Shown: positions 19,925-29,958, numbered from the stretch's first letter. The stretch: 64,000 nt of DNA from an uncultured Gammaproteobacteria bacterium (GCA_964491475.1 CAZBFO010000002.1:208501-272500); one strand, 5' to 3'. Notes: generated from the sequence alone by a model not told the origin. Made by a program: numbers and translations.

Positions 19925-19957
19925 TAGGGTGGAGCGGCCCTCATCAAGGAGGCAAAT

Positions 19958-20401
19958 GTGCCTAGTCAGAAACGCAGTTCCCTCGTCAAAGTCATACCGT
20001 TCAGTGAAGAACGGGTGAAGTTTGCCTGCGGACATACCGGCCCCAAGGAATTCGCGCACGAATTTTGGGGCGAACGGCGCGAAATCAAGCCCGAAGTGCG
20101 GGCCAAGCGCGAAAAATGCGGCGAGTGCTGGTTGGACGAGATGCGCAAGGTCATCGTCCGTTGCGGAAAATGCGGTCTGCCCATCTATCCAGGCGACGGC
20201 GTGGTCCGCTACCCCGACACCGATCCGACCCTCCCGGCCATGGGCGTCCATATCGTGGACGGCACCAGGCTCGGATGCATGCGCGTGAAGTGCTGCGAGA
20301 GCCCTTTTCAGCTCTCCGGTGAGTGGGATGGCGAGAAATTCAAGCCGCTTTTCGGCGGAATGGTGATTGACGACGACTTTGACGGTCCTTGTACGGACTA
20401 G
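19958..20401 (+). CDS. Cys-rich hypothetical protein, probably Zn-binding
   Basis: CGH, CGEC, CGKC and CxxxxCC motifs. AAGGAGG SD. Confidence 0.65.
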   Translation: MPSQKRSSLVKVIPFSEERVKFACGHTGPKEFAHEFWGERREIKPEVRAKREKCGECWLDEMRKVIVRCGKCGLPIYPGDGVVRYPDTDPTLPAMGVHIVDGTRLGCMRVKCCESPFQLSGEWDGEKFKPLFGGMVIDDDFDGPCTD

Positions 20402-20582
20402 CGCGGCAAGCTCCCTTTACGGCTTCGTAGAGGGGGTATTTTTTTGGCTAATTTAAGCCATTTTTATCCGAGCACGACCGAAAAACCTAGTAAAATAGGC
20501 TTATTTTTGCTATACTGCTGGAAGGTACTTATCCAAATGGCGTACGGGTACATATCCGTCCAAGCCTTAGCCACCCACCACT

Positions 20583-20759
20583 ATGGCCGAACCGGTCATG
20601 GGTTACTGCGTGAAGTGCAAGGAAAAGCGCGAGATGAAGGACGCCCAGCAGGTCGAAATGCCTGCCAAGGGCGGCGGTACGCGCCCCGCGATGAAGGGCA
20701 CCTGTGCCGTTTGTGGCACCGGCATGTTCAAGATCCTTCCCAAGGCTGCCGCAGCCTAA
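20583..20759 (+). CDS. DUF5679-family small zinc-ribbon protein (58 aa, below the ORF track cutoff)
   Basis: Manual translation MAEPVMGYCVKCKEKREMKD...KGTCAVCGTGMFKI. Promoter TGCTATACT at about 20508, terminator at 20774-20806. Confidence 0.85.
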   Translation: MAEPVMGYCVKCKEKREMKDAQQVEMPAKGGGTRPAMKGTCAVCGTGMFKILPKAAAA

Positions 20760-20809
20760 AAGCTGACGGTTTGAAAAAGGCCTCCTCTGCAGAGAGGGGC
20801 CTTTTTCGT

Positions 20810-21079
20810 TTACCCTTGATTGTCATTTTCGGGAGTATCGAGGTTCTTGAGATCCTCGCGGATTTTTTCGGCAGAAGCCTTGTCGGCATCTTCGGCCGCC
20901 TTGCGTTCAAGAAAGCGCTCCTTGGCCCATCCGGGCACGCCTTCCGCGTCGGCGTTGCCTTGCGAGGACCACTGGGCCTCCAGGTCGTCCTGGTACCTTT
21001 TTTCCTCCTCGGCCTTCTTGTCCTCGATGTGGCGACGGCGCATTTCTCCCTCCGGCAGCGCGTTTTCCCTGTAGACCAT
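20810..21079 (-). CDS. Small acidic hypothetical protein
   Basis: ORF directly downstream of gatB. Confidence 0.55.
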   Translation of the reverse strand: MVYRENALPEGEMRRRHIEDKKAEEEKRYQDDLEAQWSSQGNADAEGVPGWAKERFLERKAAEDADKASAEKIREDLKNLDTPENDNQG

Positions 21080-21091
21080 AGTGGCGGGCGA

Positions 21092-22609
21092 TTAGGATGG
21101 GTTCAATTTTTTCAATTCTGCCTCAATCAGCTGGCGGGCCGTGTCCGGCTGGGCCTTGCCGCGGGTGGCCTTCATCATCTGGCCGATCAGGAACTGGACG
21201 GCGTTAGTCTTGCCTGCGCGCCAGTCCTCGAGCGCCTTGGGGTTGTTGACCACCACTTCGGCGGCGATCATGGCCAGCTCGTCGGCGTTCTCGTCCACGC
21301 CGAGGTTCTTTTCTTCCATGATGACCGACGGGTCGGCGCCGGTTTCGGCCATTTCTTCCAGGATGAGGTAGGCGTTGGGGCCGGTGACTTCCTTCTTGTG
21401 CAGCATCGCCAGCAGTTCGGCGAAGTTCTCGGGGGTGACCTTGAGCGTGCGGATGTCGATCTTGCGCTCGGTCATGATGCCGTTGAGCTTGGTCAGTATC
21501 CAGCCGGCGGCGAGCTTGGCGAATTGGTCGCGGCAGGCGTCCCAGTGGTTGCCGCCTTCGGATTTGGCGGCGACCCAGGTCTGCAGCTCGGACATGACGC
21601 GCTCGGCGAAGTTGGCCAGGGCTTCGTCGTCCACGAAGGTGCGGCTGTCGGCCTCGGAGAAGCCGTATTCGGACCGGAAGCGCGCGCGGCGGGCTTCGGG
21701 CAGCTCGGGAATCTTGCGGCGGAGCGACTCGGCCAGGTCCTGCAGCATCAGCGGCGGCAGGTCCGGTTCGGGGAAGTAGCGGTAGTCGGCGGCGTCCTCC
21801 TTGCTGCGCTGCTCCACGGTGATGCCGCGGACGTCGTCCCAGCCGCGGGTGGTGGTGACGCTGACAGGCTTGCCGTCGAGGGCCAACTTGGTTTGGCGCT
21901 TGATCTCGAAGTCGATGGCGCGCTCGACCGAGCGGAAGGAGTTGATGTTCTTGATTTCGGTCTTGGGGTTGAGCACGGTCGAGCCTTCTTCCCGGATGGA
22001 GACGTTGGCGTCGCAGCGCAGATGGCCCTTTTCCATGTCGGCGTCGGAAACGCCGATGGTGCGGATGATCAGGCGCAGCTCCTGCAGGAAGGCCTTGGCT
22101 TCGGCGGGGGAGCGCATGTCGGGCTCGGTGACGATTTCGATGAGCGGGGTGCCGCCGCGGTTGAAATCCACGAAGCTGGACTTGTGGTCGTCGGCGTGGA
22201 CCAGCTTGGCCGCGTCCTCTTCCAGGTGCGCGCGATGAATGCGCACGGTGATCTCGCGGCGAGCGCCGCCCTCCGCAGGCATGCTCACCTTGACCGCGCC
22301 GCCGGTGACGATGGGCAGGTCGTATTGCGAAATTTGGTAGCCCTTCGGCAGGTCGGGGTAAAAATACTGCTTGCGGTCGAACTTGGATTCCCAGGTGACC
22401 TTGCCGCCGAGGGCATGGGCGACCATCGCGCCGTATTCAACGGCCTGGGCGTTGATGACCGGCAGGGAGCCGGGCTGGCCCAGGCAGATAGGGCAGACGC
22501 AAGTGTTCGGCGGTTCGGTGCCGCCGGCGTTGAGGCAGCGGCAAAACATCTTGGTCTTGGTCTTGAGCTGGACGTGGATTTCGAGGCCGATGACCGGTGC
22601 AAATTTCAT
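21092..22609 (-). CDS. gatB: Asp/Glu-tRNA amidotransferase subunit B
   Basis: IGLEIHVQL, YFYPDLPKGYQISQ, DYRYFPEPDL. Confidence 0.97.
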   Translation of the reverse strand: MKFAPVIGLEIHVQLKTKTKMFCRCLNAGGTEPPNTCVCPICLGQPGSLPVINAQAVEYGAMVAHALGGKVTWESKFDRKQYFYPDLPKGYQISQYDLPIVTGGAVKVSMPAEGGARREITVRIHRAHLEEDAAKLVHADDHKSSFVDFNRGGTPLIEIVTEPDMRSPAEAKAFLQELRLIIRTIGVSDADMEKGHLRCDANVSIREEGSTVLNPKTEIKNINSFRSVERAIDFEIKRQTKLALDGKPVSVTTTRGWDDVRGITVEQRSKEDAADYRYFPEPDLPPLMLQDLAESLRRKIPELPEARRARFRSEYGFSEADSRTFVDDEALANFAERVMSELQTWVAAKSEGGNHWDACRDQFAKLAAGWILTKLNGIMTERKIDIRTLKVTPENFAELLAMLHKKEVTGPNAYLILEEMAETGADPSVIMEEKNLGVDENADELAMIAAEVVVNNPKALEDWRAGKTNAVQFLIGQMMKATRGKAQPDTARQLIEAELKKLNPS

Positions 22610-22722
22610 ATCGAAGGAAGTGGATATCCCTGCTATTTTCGACGAATTTTGCCTAAAACGCAAGCCCCGCAACGTGCTCGAGACGTGGCGGGGCTTGCTC
22701 CGGTTTTACCCGTACGGTCAGT

Positions 22723-23484
22723 CTAGCGCACGGTTTTCTTGAGGTCCAGCCAGAGCAGGATGCTGGTGCCGATGAACAGCGGAATGGCGAAAGCGTTGAC
22801 GGCCGTAGGCAGCACGCTGATGATCAGCAGGTGCGTGCTGGAAATGTCCGAGGCGTCGGCCAACTGGCCGAAGAACATGCCCGGATTGCCGAAGACGGAA
22901 CCGATGAGCAGGTACAGGATAGCCTTGAGGAAGGCCGCCGCGACGCCGCTGAAGATGCCGGGGAGCAGGATGCGCAGCGCCACCGCCCACCAGCGGCCCT
23001 TCACCAGTCGCTTGCTGGCCTTGAGCGCCGCCGTGCCGCGGACGTCGTCGAGCACCGTGTAGTACTGGGCGAACCAGAACCACACCGCGAAGATGAAAAT
23101 CGGAATGACCAGGAGCAGCAGGCCGCCCAGGTAGACGAAGAAGGTGATGATCGACACCCAGATGTAGGGAATCAGCTGATGGATGCCCTGCGAGAACGCC
23201 GCACGGACGTCGACGGCCTTCTTTTGGACTCCCTGCGCCGTGGCCACGATCATGGCGGCGGTGACGGCGGCGGTGGCGACGGCTACCGGGATGTAGGTAA
23301 GCGTCAGGACGGCGTTGCGGAGGTAAGTTTCGGAAATCAGCGAGCGGCCCACGATGAACAAGGCCCACTGCAGCACGGCCAAAAACGTGTACCAGACCGC
23401 AAAATGCGCGTAAGCGCCGATGTTCTTAACGAGATTGTCCCAAGAGGCGCTGATGAGGTCGCCCGCGTCGGTAAGTTGCGGCAT
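22723..23484 (-). CDS. Integral membrane protein (about 6 TM)
   Basis: Hydrophobic segments and the ALKASKRLVKGRWW motif. Confidence 0.75.
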   Translation of the reverse strand: MPQLTDAGDLISASWDNLVKNIGAYAHFAVWYTFLAVLQWALFIVGRSLISETYLRNAVLTLTYIPVAVATAAVTAAMIVATAQGVQKKAVDVRAAFSQGIHQLIPYIWVSIITFFVYLGGLLLLVIPIFIFAVWFWFAQYYTVLDDVRGTAALKASKRLVKGRWWAVALRILLPGIFSGVAAAFLKAILYLLIGSVFGNPGMFFGQLADASDISSTHLLIISVLPTAVNAFAIPLFIGTSILLWLDLKKTVR

Positions 23485-23592
23485 ATGGTGAGGCTAAGTC
23501 ACTCTGGGGTGAGTATAGCAGACCTGCGGGGGAGGGTAAACGCCACGAGCAAAAGAAAAACTCCTCCGAACGGCTCGGAGGAGCTGGCTGTG

Positions 23593-24261
23593 CTAACGGG
23601 CAGGGATGGGCACGAGCACCGATTGCACCGCTTCCCACACTTTTTCGTGGACCTTTTCGGGCAGGAGGAGCTTGCCGTCCTCGACGCATTCGATCAGCCG
23701 GAAGCCGGGGAAGGTCCTGGCGATTTCCAGGTAGGTGTTTTCCGCGGCGGTCAGGTGCTCGAGGTTCTCGTGGGCGTCCTTGACGTTACCGCGCTTCTCG
23801 ATGAGCCGCATCGAGACGGCGGCGGGCACGTGGAGGATGATGTTGAGGTCCGGGCGGGGAATCTTGAACAGCCCGAACTCCAGCTCGTCGTTCCACTTGT
23901 AGAAGGCCATCCGTTCCTCGGTACGCCGCTCCTTGGAACCCTGGTGGCCCATGTTGGAAGCGACGTAACGGTCGGCAACGACGTGGTTGCCCTCGTCGAG
24001 CCAGTCGGTAATTTTGCCGCTGGCAGCGTAGCGGTCAACCGCGTAGAAGATCGAGGCTCTTCGCGAACCGACCTCTTCCGGTTTGCCGAACTTGCCGGCG
24101 AGGTAGTCCTCGACGGGTCCGGCGCTCCTGCGGCCGTATTGCGGGAAGGTGATCGTCTGCACGGGCAGGTTCTCGCGGCCCATCCTGCTGATGAGCAGTT
24201 TGGTCTGCGTGGCCTTGCCCGAGCCGTCGGTCCCGTCGATGACGAAGAATCGTCCTTTCAT
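23593..24261 (-). CDS. tmk: Thymidylate kinase
   Basis: DGTDGSGKATQ, FPQY, ADRY, PRPDL. Confidence 0.9.
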   Translation of the reverse strand: MKGRFFVIDGTDGSGKATQTKLLISRMGRENLPVQTITFPQYGRRSAGPVEDYLAGKFGKPEEVGSRRASIFYAVDRYAASGKITDWLDEGNHVVADRYVASNMGHQGSKERRTEERMAFYKWNDELEFGLFKIPRPDLNIILHVPAAVSMRLIEKRGNVKDAHENLEHLTAAENTYLEIARTFPGFRLIECVEDGKLLLPEKVHEKVWEAVQSVLVPIPAR

Positions 24262-24291
24262 AGCCGTCTCCTTAAGGTTGTCCGTTAAAGA

Positions 24292-26202
24292 TCATTTGCG
24301 GTCGAGGGCCGCTTCCTTTACCCGTTGTTTCGCTTCCGCGTCGCCTCGGCTCCAGAAGTAGTCCTCGTGGTCGGCGAAGCGCATCGCCTCGCCGCGCCAG
24401 GGCGAACGCGCGGTCACCAGGCGATGCATCGCCTGGCAAACCTTGCGATACGAGGGATGTCCCTGCGGCGTGGTGCGCAGCTCGATCATGTGCATGAGCG
24501 CTCGGTCGTTGATGCCGAGCGTCCAGCGCACTTTTGAGCCGTGCAGCGTGGCGTAGGAAGCCTGTTCGGGGAAGTCGGCCTTGAGCAGCTCGTAGAGCGC
24601 TCGCGCGCGAGCCACGCACTCCGGAACGCGATCGGCATATCCGGCGAGGACGAGGTCCTCGGGCATGGCGAACCCGACCATCGGCGTGAACCGCTGCCGT
24701 TGCTGGGTGCACATGCGATGACGTTCGAGGTCCTTGTAAGTGCCGAAGTCGGTGCACAGGTCGAAGGTGTACGGATAGCCCGCCTCGAGCGCACGGCCGG
24801 GGCGGTCGCGGCGCGTCTTGCGGTCGCCGAGGTAGGTGGCGATGACCTTCTCCCTCCGCTCGTCGCTGAAGTTCTGCACGGCATAGCGAATCTGCTCCAG
24901 CGGCAGCGACGCGTACGGATAGAGCATCTGCGCCACCGTGAGGACGTCCTCCTGCTTTTGCAGCGCAGCGGCGATCCACGACGGATCCGGCGGAACCTTC
25001 CACGCTCGGGCGATGGCGGTTTCTCCGCGGTCCAACAGGTCGACCGCCGGCCTTACGCCGGCGACGATGCCGCCCAGCAGGCGAGCGGCGAGTTCTTGCA
25101 TGTCCGCGTGGACCTTTTGCAGGTACCCGTTGGGGCGAGCGCGCTTGACGTAACGGGGGATGACCTTGTCCAGCTGCGCGTGAGTGCGCGCGGCGATGTC
25201 CCGCGCTTCCGGGATTGCGGAGGTATAGCAGTGCGAAAGCACGCCCTGGAAGAAGCGTCCGTTGCCGAACACGCCGACGTTGGTCTTGGTGGCCAGCGGC
25301 AGCAGCGCGCGCAGCGTGTCGCACGCCTTGGTGCGGATGTCGGCGTTGTAGGTGGCGCGGAAGGCCTTTCGTTCGTCTTCGCTCGCGCATTCCGCGTAGG
25401 CGATCTTGACGTCGGGCATCTTCTCGCGAATGGCGTAACGCGCCTCCTCGATCGGCTTCAGGTCCGAGTAGTAGGCTTTCATCGGCGCCACGAGATCGCA
25501 ATACGTCTGGAAGATGAAGTCCATCGTCTCGACGTAGGCGGCCGCGTACGGGGAGGCCATCACGGCGGGGTCGCGGTAGTAGCGGAAGTTGCCGAGGGCG
25601 TCCTTTCCGTCCAGCGGCTCTTCGCGCTTGTCGTAGAAGACGTAACGCGTGGACTGCTCGATGGGGGAACCGCCGATGCGGCGGTCCTCGATTTCCTTGG
25701 TGGACAGGATGGAGACGTTTTCGAAGGACACGTGCGCGCCTTCGAGCTCTCCGACGGAATCGTCGCCGAAGGCGATGAGGATGCGTTCGATGAGGTCCTG
25801 GGCCTTTGCGGCGTTGACGGCCGCGCCGTCATTGAGCGTTTCCGCCAGTCGCAGCAGGGAGTCCCTCAAGAACGGCGCATCGAGCCGGTGCAGCTCCGTG
25901 CGGTCGCGCAGCCGCGATTCGACGGCGGCGGTGAGCTGCGCGCGCAGGGCGTCATCGGCCGGGTCTCCTGTCCATTCGAGAACGAGATCGGCGATGCCGC
26001 TGGCGAACGCCCGCGCATCGAAAGTCTTGCGTTCGATGAACTCCTTGAGCAGCGTCTCGCGAAACCCGCCCTGTGCGCGGCTGTAGCGCGCATAGACGGC
26101 GCCAACGATGCCCGGCAGTCCGGTGACGGCGAAAATGTCGCCTTCCGTGTCGGTCACGTAGGGCGCCAGGAGCGCCTTCTCCTCCGCGGAAAATCTGGCC
26201 AT
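24292..26202 (-). CDS. thyX: FAD-dependent thymidylate synthase, tandem-domain (Chlamydia-type)
   Basis: ARYSR, FGDDSVGEL, EQSTRY, DLERHR, ELRT..GH.SYR. GGAGG SD before MARFS. Confidence 0.9.
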   Translation of the reverse strand: MARFSAEEKALLAPYVTDTEGDIFAVTGLPGIVGAVYARYSRAQGGFRETLLKEFIERKTFDARAFASGIADLVLEWTGDPADDALRAQLTAAVESRLRDRTELHRLDAPFLRDSLLRLAETLNDGAAVNAAKAQDLIERILIAFGDDSVGELEGAHVSFENVSILSTKEIEDRRIGGSPIEQSTRYVFYDKREEPLDGKDALGNFRYYRDPAVMASPYAAAYVETMDFIFQTYCDLVAPMKAYYSDLKPIEEARYAIREKMPDVKIAYAECASEDERKAFRATYNADIRTKACDTLRALLPLATKTNVGVFGNGRFFQGVLSHCYTSAIPEARDIAARTHAQLDKVIPRYVKRARPNGYLQKVHADMQELAARLLGGIVAGVRPAVDLLDRGETAIARAWKVPPDPSWIAAALQKQEDVLTVAQMLYPYASLPLEQIRYAVQNFSDERREKVIATYLGDRKTRRDRPGRALEAGYPYTFDLCTDFGTYKDLERHRMCTQQRQRFTPMVGFAMPEDLVLAGYADRVPECVARARALYELLKADFPEQASYATLHGSKVRWTLGINDRALMHMIELRTTPQGHPSYRKVCQAMHRLVTARSPWRGEAMRFADHEDYFWSRGDAEAKQRVKEAALDRK

Positions 26203-26349
26203 AGGAACCTCCATTGGTTGCCGTCCGCAAAATGCGGGCGAGCTCTCGCATTGTACTCCCCGCTACCCGTTTGGCCACGTTCGGTCAAGATGCCCGGCCG
26301 GTAAAGAAAAACCGCCCTGGCTCGGGCGGCAGATGCAGGGCGAGAGGCG

Positions 26350-26766
26350 CTACTGCAGGATGTTGGGATTGTCGGCGGCCAAAGCGTCGATCTTGGCGGC
26401 CACGATGAAGTCGTTCTCGGACAGCGACTTGATGGCGTGGGTGGTGAGCGTCAGCCGCACCATCCGGTACTTGTGAAGCTCCACGTCGGGATGGTGATTT
26501 TCGCCCTCGGCAATGACGCTGACGGCGTTCACGAAGCCGATGGCCGCGGCCCAGTTGCGAAGCTTGAACTCGCGGGTGATGCGGTTGCTTTGTTCGGCGG
26601 GCGACCAGCTTTTCAGCAGCGTCCACTTCGGCGTCTGCTGTTGCATGGCGAGGATCTGCTCGTCGGTCAGCTTGGGCGTCGCCTTGGTGCAGGCAGAGCA
26701 GCGCTTGTCTGCCAGTCCGCAGGCGGCGCCCTCGTCGCTCTTTTCATCGGTCATGTCATCGGTCAT
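26350..26766 (-). CDS. Pterin-4a-carbinolamine dehydratase
   Basis: CSAC, AEGENHHPD, THAI..LSENDFIVAAKID. Confidence 0.9.
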   Translation of the reverse strand: MTDDMTDEKSDEGAACGLADKRCSACTKATPKLTDEQILAMQQQTPKWTLLKSWSPAEQSNRITREFKLRNWAAAIGFVNAVSVIAEGENHHPDVELHKYRMVRLTLTTHAIKSLSENDFIVAAKIDALAADNPNILQ

Positions 26767-26891
26767 GGAAGGAGCCTCCGTAGTGCCAGGTTTCGGCAGC
26801 GGGCAACGTACGCCAAAAACCGCTGCAAGTCAACCTTGCCAGCACCTCGGGCCGCTGTTACGGTGTGCGCACCGATCTTAAGGAGGCCGAA

Positions 26892-27452
26892 ATGCCAACA
26901 CCGACGCTCGGGACTTGCGTCGTCGTGACCGGACCGTCGGGTTCAGGAAAGACGACCATCGTCGGTCAGCTCATTGCCATCATGCCGGGCACGGCCCGGC
27001 TCATCACCACCACCACGCGCGCGCCCCGGGAAGGGGAACGCGACGGGGCGGACTACCACTTCGTCACGCGCGAGGCGTTCATCGCCAGCCGCGAACGCGG
27101 CGAGTTCCTGGAATGGGCCGAGAACTACGGCGAGCTGTACGGCTCGTCGAAAGTGGAACTCGACCGGCTCCGGGCCGCGCACTCGTACGTCTTCGCCACC
27201 GTCGACGCCCAGGGCGCCCGCGCTTATCGCGAAAGGGTGCCCGACGCCTTGCTCATCTTGTGCTGGGCCCCGCTGTCCGTGCTGGAACAGCGCCTGCGGG
27301 CCCGCGGCATGTCCGAAGAAAAAATCGCCCGGCGCCTGGCGGCGGCGGCGGACGAAGTGGCGTTCGGAAAACGGTGCGACCACGTCGTCCGCTGCGAAGG
27401 CCCCATCGACGGCACCGTGGCTCTCTTCTGCAGCCTCTTGGCGCTGGCGTGA
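26892..27452 (+). CDS. gmk: Guanylate kinase
   Basis: GPSGSGKT, TTRAPREGE.DG.DYHFV, EFLEWA. Confidence 0.9.
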   Translation: MPTPTLGTCVVVTGPSGSGKTTIVGQLIAIMPGTARLITTTTRAPREGERDGADYHFVTREAFIASRERGEFLEWAENYGELYGSSKVELDRLRAAHSYVFATVDAQGARAYRERVPDALLILCWAPLSVLEQRLRARGMSEEKIARRLAAAADEVAFGKRCDHVVRCEGPIDGTVALFCSLLALA

Positions 27453-27508
27453 GTTCTCTTTGGCGCGAAGCCCGTCACTCGACGGGCTTTTTTGCTTGCC
27501 GCGACGGC

Positions 27509-27937
27509 CTAGCCGGTCGACCCGAACCCTCCGCGGCTCTTTTGGGTAGCAGGTTCCCCCTCGACGATTTCGCAGCGCGTCACCGGGACGATCATCGCCT
27601 GCGCGAACCGTTCGCCGCGTTCGACCGTCGTGGCGGCATCCGTGAAGTTCCACAGCTGCACGAAAATCTCGTCGTCAGGACCGCAGTAGTCCTGGTCGAC
27701 GATGCCCGCACCGTGCGGGATGAGCAGCCCTTTCCTTTTTGGCGTGGAGGAGCGCGGCGTGACCAGCAGGACGTAGCCGTCCGGCACGCAGACGATGACG
27801 TTCGAAGGGATGCGGCTGACGGCTTTGGGCTCGACGGTCGTCGTTTCGCGGGCGATGAGGTCGAAGGCGCAGGCGCCGGCGCTCTCGTACTTGGGCAGGG
27901 GGAGCGTCCGGTCGACGCGGGTGATGCGGAGTTGCAT
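27509..27937 (-). CDS. dut: dUTP diphosphatase (trimeric)
   Basis: PRSS, GIVDQDY, RFAQ, RGGFGSTG. Confidence 0.92.
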   Translation of the reverse strand: MQLRITRVDRTLPLPKYESAGACAFDLIARETTTVEPKAVSRIPSNVIVCVPDGYVLLVTPRSSTPKRKGLLIPHGAGIVDQDYCGPDDEIFVQLWNFTDAATTVERGERFAQAMIVPVTRCEIVEGEPATQKSRGGFGSTG

Positions 27938-28056
27938 GGGAGTGAAGCCAAGGGTGATTGCGCAAGTATACACGTCCGACGGCTTGCCTGCAGCGGGGTT
28001 CCTGCCGGGCGGCCGGTGTGCTATACTGGCAGCGATATTCAATAAACAGTGAAGGT

Positions 28057-28941
28057 ATGGCCTTGGATCGCGTCCAACGAAACATGCTCATTCTCCTGGG
28101 TGTCGGCATAGTCGCCCTGGGCGTCATGGTCACCCGGGTGGACCGCGAACTTGCCGACCTGTCGCATACGCTGCTGAAGATCGCCGATGACGTGCGCATG
28201 CCCAAGTCGCCCGCGACCGCCAGGGCGGGTGATCAGGAGGCCGGACTGCTGAAGGGCGAGAGTTCCAAGCTTGTCAGTCAGAAGGCGTTGCGCGTCGGCG
28301 ACAAGGTGTTCGTTTTTGCGCAGCGCTGTGACGGCGGCCTGGACGTGGCAGCAGGGCAGACGGAGCCGTTCTGCGTCGGGCAGAACCAGCTGACGCTGGC
28401 CAGCGGCAATGACAAGCCCGAAGCTCTCGACACCAGGCAGGCCATGTCTGCGCAGGCCGCTCCGGTGCTTCGCAGCGCCATCTTCGTCTCTTCCAGCTCC
28501 GGCCCCGGCACGGTCCTTCTGGCCTACGGCCCCGACACCTGCGTCACCACAAATCATTGCGGCATGGGCAGGGACCCGCTGGTCGTGACCTATGCGTACA
28601 ACCTCGCAGGCGGCGCGGGAGCGCTTCGTCCGCTCAACCATTATCCGGCCACCGGCATGTCTACCTGGAACCCGTCGGGCACTAGGGCAATCATCGTGCA
28701 GGACACCTGCATGGAGGGCGGATGCTCCGAAGCGGCGCTCGCAGGCTACGACCTCGTCTCCGACGTGGTCCAGCCGGCATCGACCGAGAAGGCTGCCGGA
28801 TCGTTCGGCGGCCTCAAGACCGACGCGAACGGAAGGCGCGTGGCGGTGTGGGGGAACGTGACCTGGAAGAGCGACACCGAGTACTCCGTGACAATGACCG
28901 ACGCGAAAGGCAAGACCAAGGCCATCGAAGGGAAGTTCTGA
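28057..28941 (+). CDS. Membrane-anchored or secreted beta-rich protein with Cys pairs
   Basis: N-terminal TM and three Cys pairs. TGCTATACT promoter upstream. Confidence 0.7.
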   Translation: MALDRVQRNMLILLGVGIVALGVMVTRVDRELADLSHTLLKIADDVRMPKSPATARAGDQEAGLLKGESSKLVSQKALRVGDKVFVFAQRCDGGLDVAAGQTEPFCVGQNQLTLASGNDKPEALDTRQAMSAQAAPVLRSAIFVSSSSGPGTVLLAYGPDTCVTTNHCGMGRDPLVVTYAYNLAGGAGALRPLNHYPATGMSTWNPSGTRAIIVQDTCMEGGCSEAALAGYDLVSDVVQPASTEKAAGSFGGLKTDANGRRVAVWGNVTWKSDTEYSVTMTDAKGKTKAIEGKF

Positions 28942-28947
28942 TGACGC

Positions 28948-28981
28948 AAAACGGGTCCGACGCAGGTCGGACCCGTTTTTT
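28948..28981. terminator. Bidirectional intrinsic terminator
   Basis: AAAACGGGTCCGAC-GCAG-GTCGGACCCGTTTT. Confidence 0.8.
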
Positions 28982-28997
28982 ATGCTCCTTGGCGGTT

Positions 28998-29294
28998 TCA
29001 GATGTCGAGATGCGAGGCCTTGGCGATGGCGTCGATGACGAACTTGGTCGATGACGATGCCGTCATGATGATGATCATGCCGATGACGGCGTTCTTGATG
29101 GTCGCCTGCGCTTCGGCGCGCTTATCTTCCTTTCCGCCGTGCGTCATCATCAGGAAGCCGCCCCAGATGATCTGCACCACCAGGTACAACCCCATCAGCC
29201 CCAAGAAGTCTCGGATGATGCTGGCCACGATGGTGCGGATGTCGAACGACGAAAGCCCCATGCCCGAGGCGTAGTTGAGTCCCAAATCCACCAT
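28998..29294 (-). CDS. CPR-type pilin (TrbC/VirB2-like)
   Basis: IIWGGFLMMTHGG.EDK...A..TIKNAVIG pattern. Confidence 0.8.
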   Translation of the reverse strand: MVDLGLNYASGMGLSSFDIRTIVASIIRDFLGLMGLYLVVQIIWGGFLMMTHGGKEDKRAEAQATIKNAVIGMIIIMTASSSTKFVIDAIAKASHLDI

Positions 29295-29298
29295 AGGC

Positions 29299-29883
29299 CT
29301 ACTTCACGCCTTCCTTCTGTTTGGCAAAGTTCTTCCACATCTGCGAAGCCTGCGGCTCCTGCGCCCCATAGTACTTCGAAGTCAGGTTCTTCGACCCGTA
29401 AGGCTTCTCGCACTCCGAGGAGAGCGGGGAGAACGACATCTGCGCGATAGGCATTCCCGCATACAGCTTCACCGGCAGCGATCCGATGTTGGAAAGTTCC
29501 AAAGTCATCTTGAGCTTGTTGCCAGGGTCCAGGTAACCCGCCGTGGCATGAATGATGATACCCAAGCGACCCAGCGAACTCTTGCCCTCAAGACGGCCGA
29601 CCACGTCGTTGCCCACGCCGATCTCCTCGCTCACCAACCCCAGCGCGAACTCGCCCGGATGCAAAATGAACGGCGTGTCGCCGCTGATAATCACCTTCCG
29701 CATCAAATTGTCGACCGGCTCCTTCACGTCAATCACGTGCTGGTTCACCGTATCGAAAATCAAAAACGTCGTGTCCAAATGCAAATCAATGGAGGCGGGT
29801 TGCAAATATTTCTCGTCGTAAGGCGAAACCGTAATCTTCCCCTCCGCCATGTATTTCTTAATGTCGCGATCAGACAAAATCAT
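29299..29883 (-). CDS. dcd: dCTP deaminase
   Basis: MILSDRDI, QPASIDL, EGKSSLGRLG, TLELSN. Confidence 0.93.
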   Translation of the reverse strand: MILSDRDIKKYMAEGKITVSPYDEKYLQPASIDLHLDTTFLIFDTVNQHVIDVKEPVDNLMRKVIISGDTPFILHPGEFALGLVSEEIGVGNDVVGRLEGKSSLGRLGIIIHATAGYLDPGNKLKMTLELSNIGSLPVKLYAGMPIAQMSFSPLSSECEKPYGSKNLTSKYYGAQEPQASQMWKNFAKQKEGVK

Positions 29884-29958
29884 AGTGGTGGCATAAGCCG
29901 TAATGCCAAAAGTCTCCCAAATACGGCGCGTTTTGTCCACGCCCCTCACCTTGGGCAC

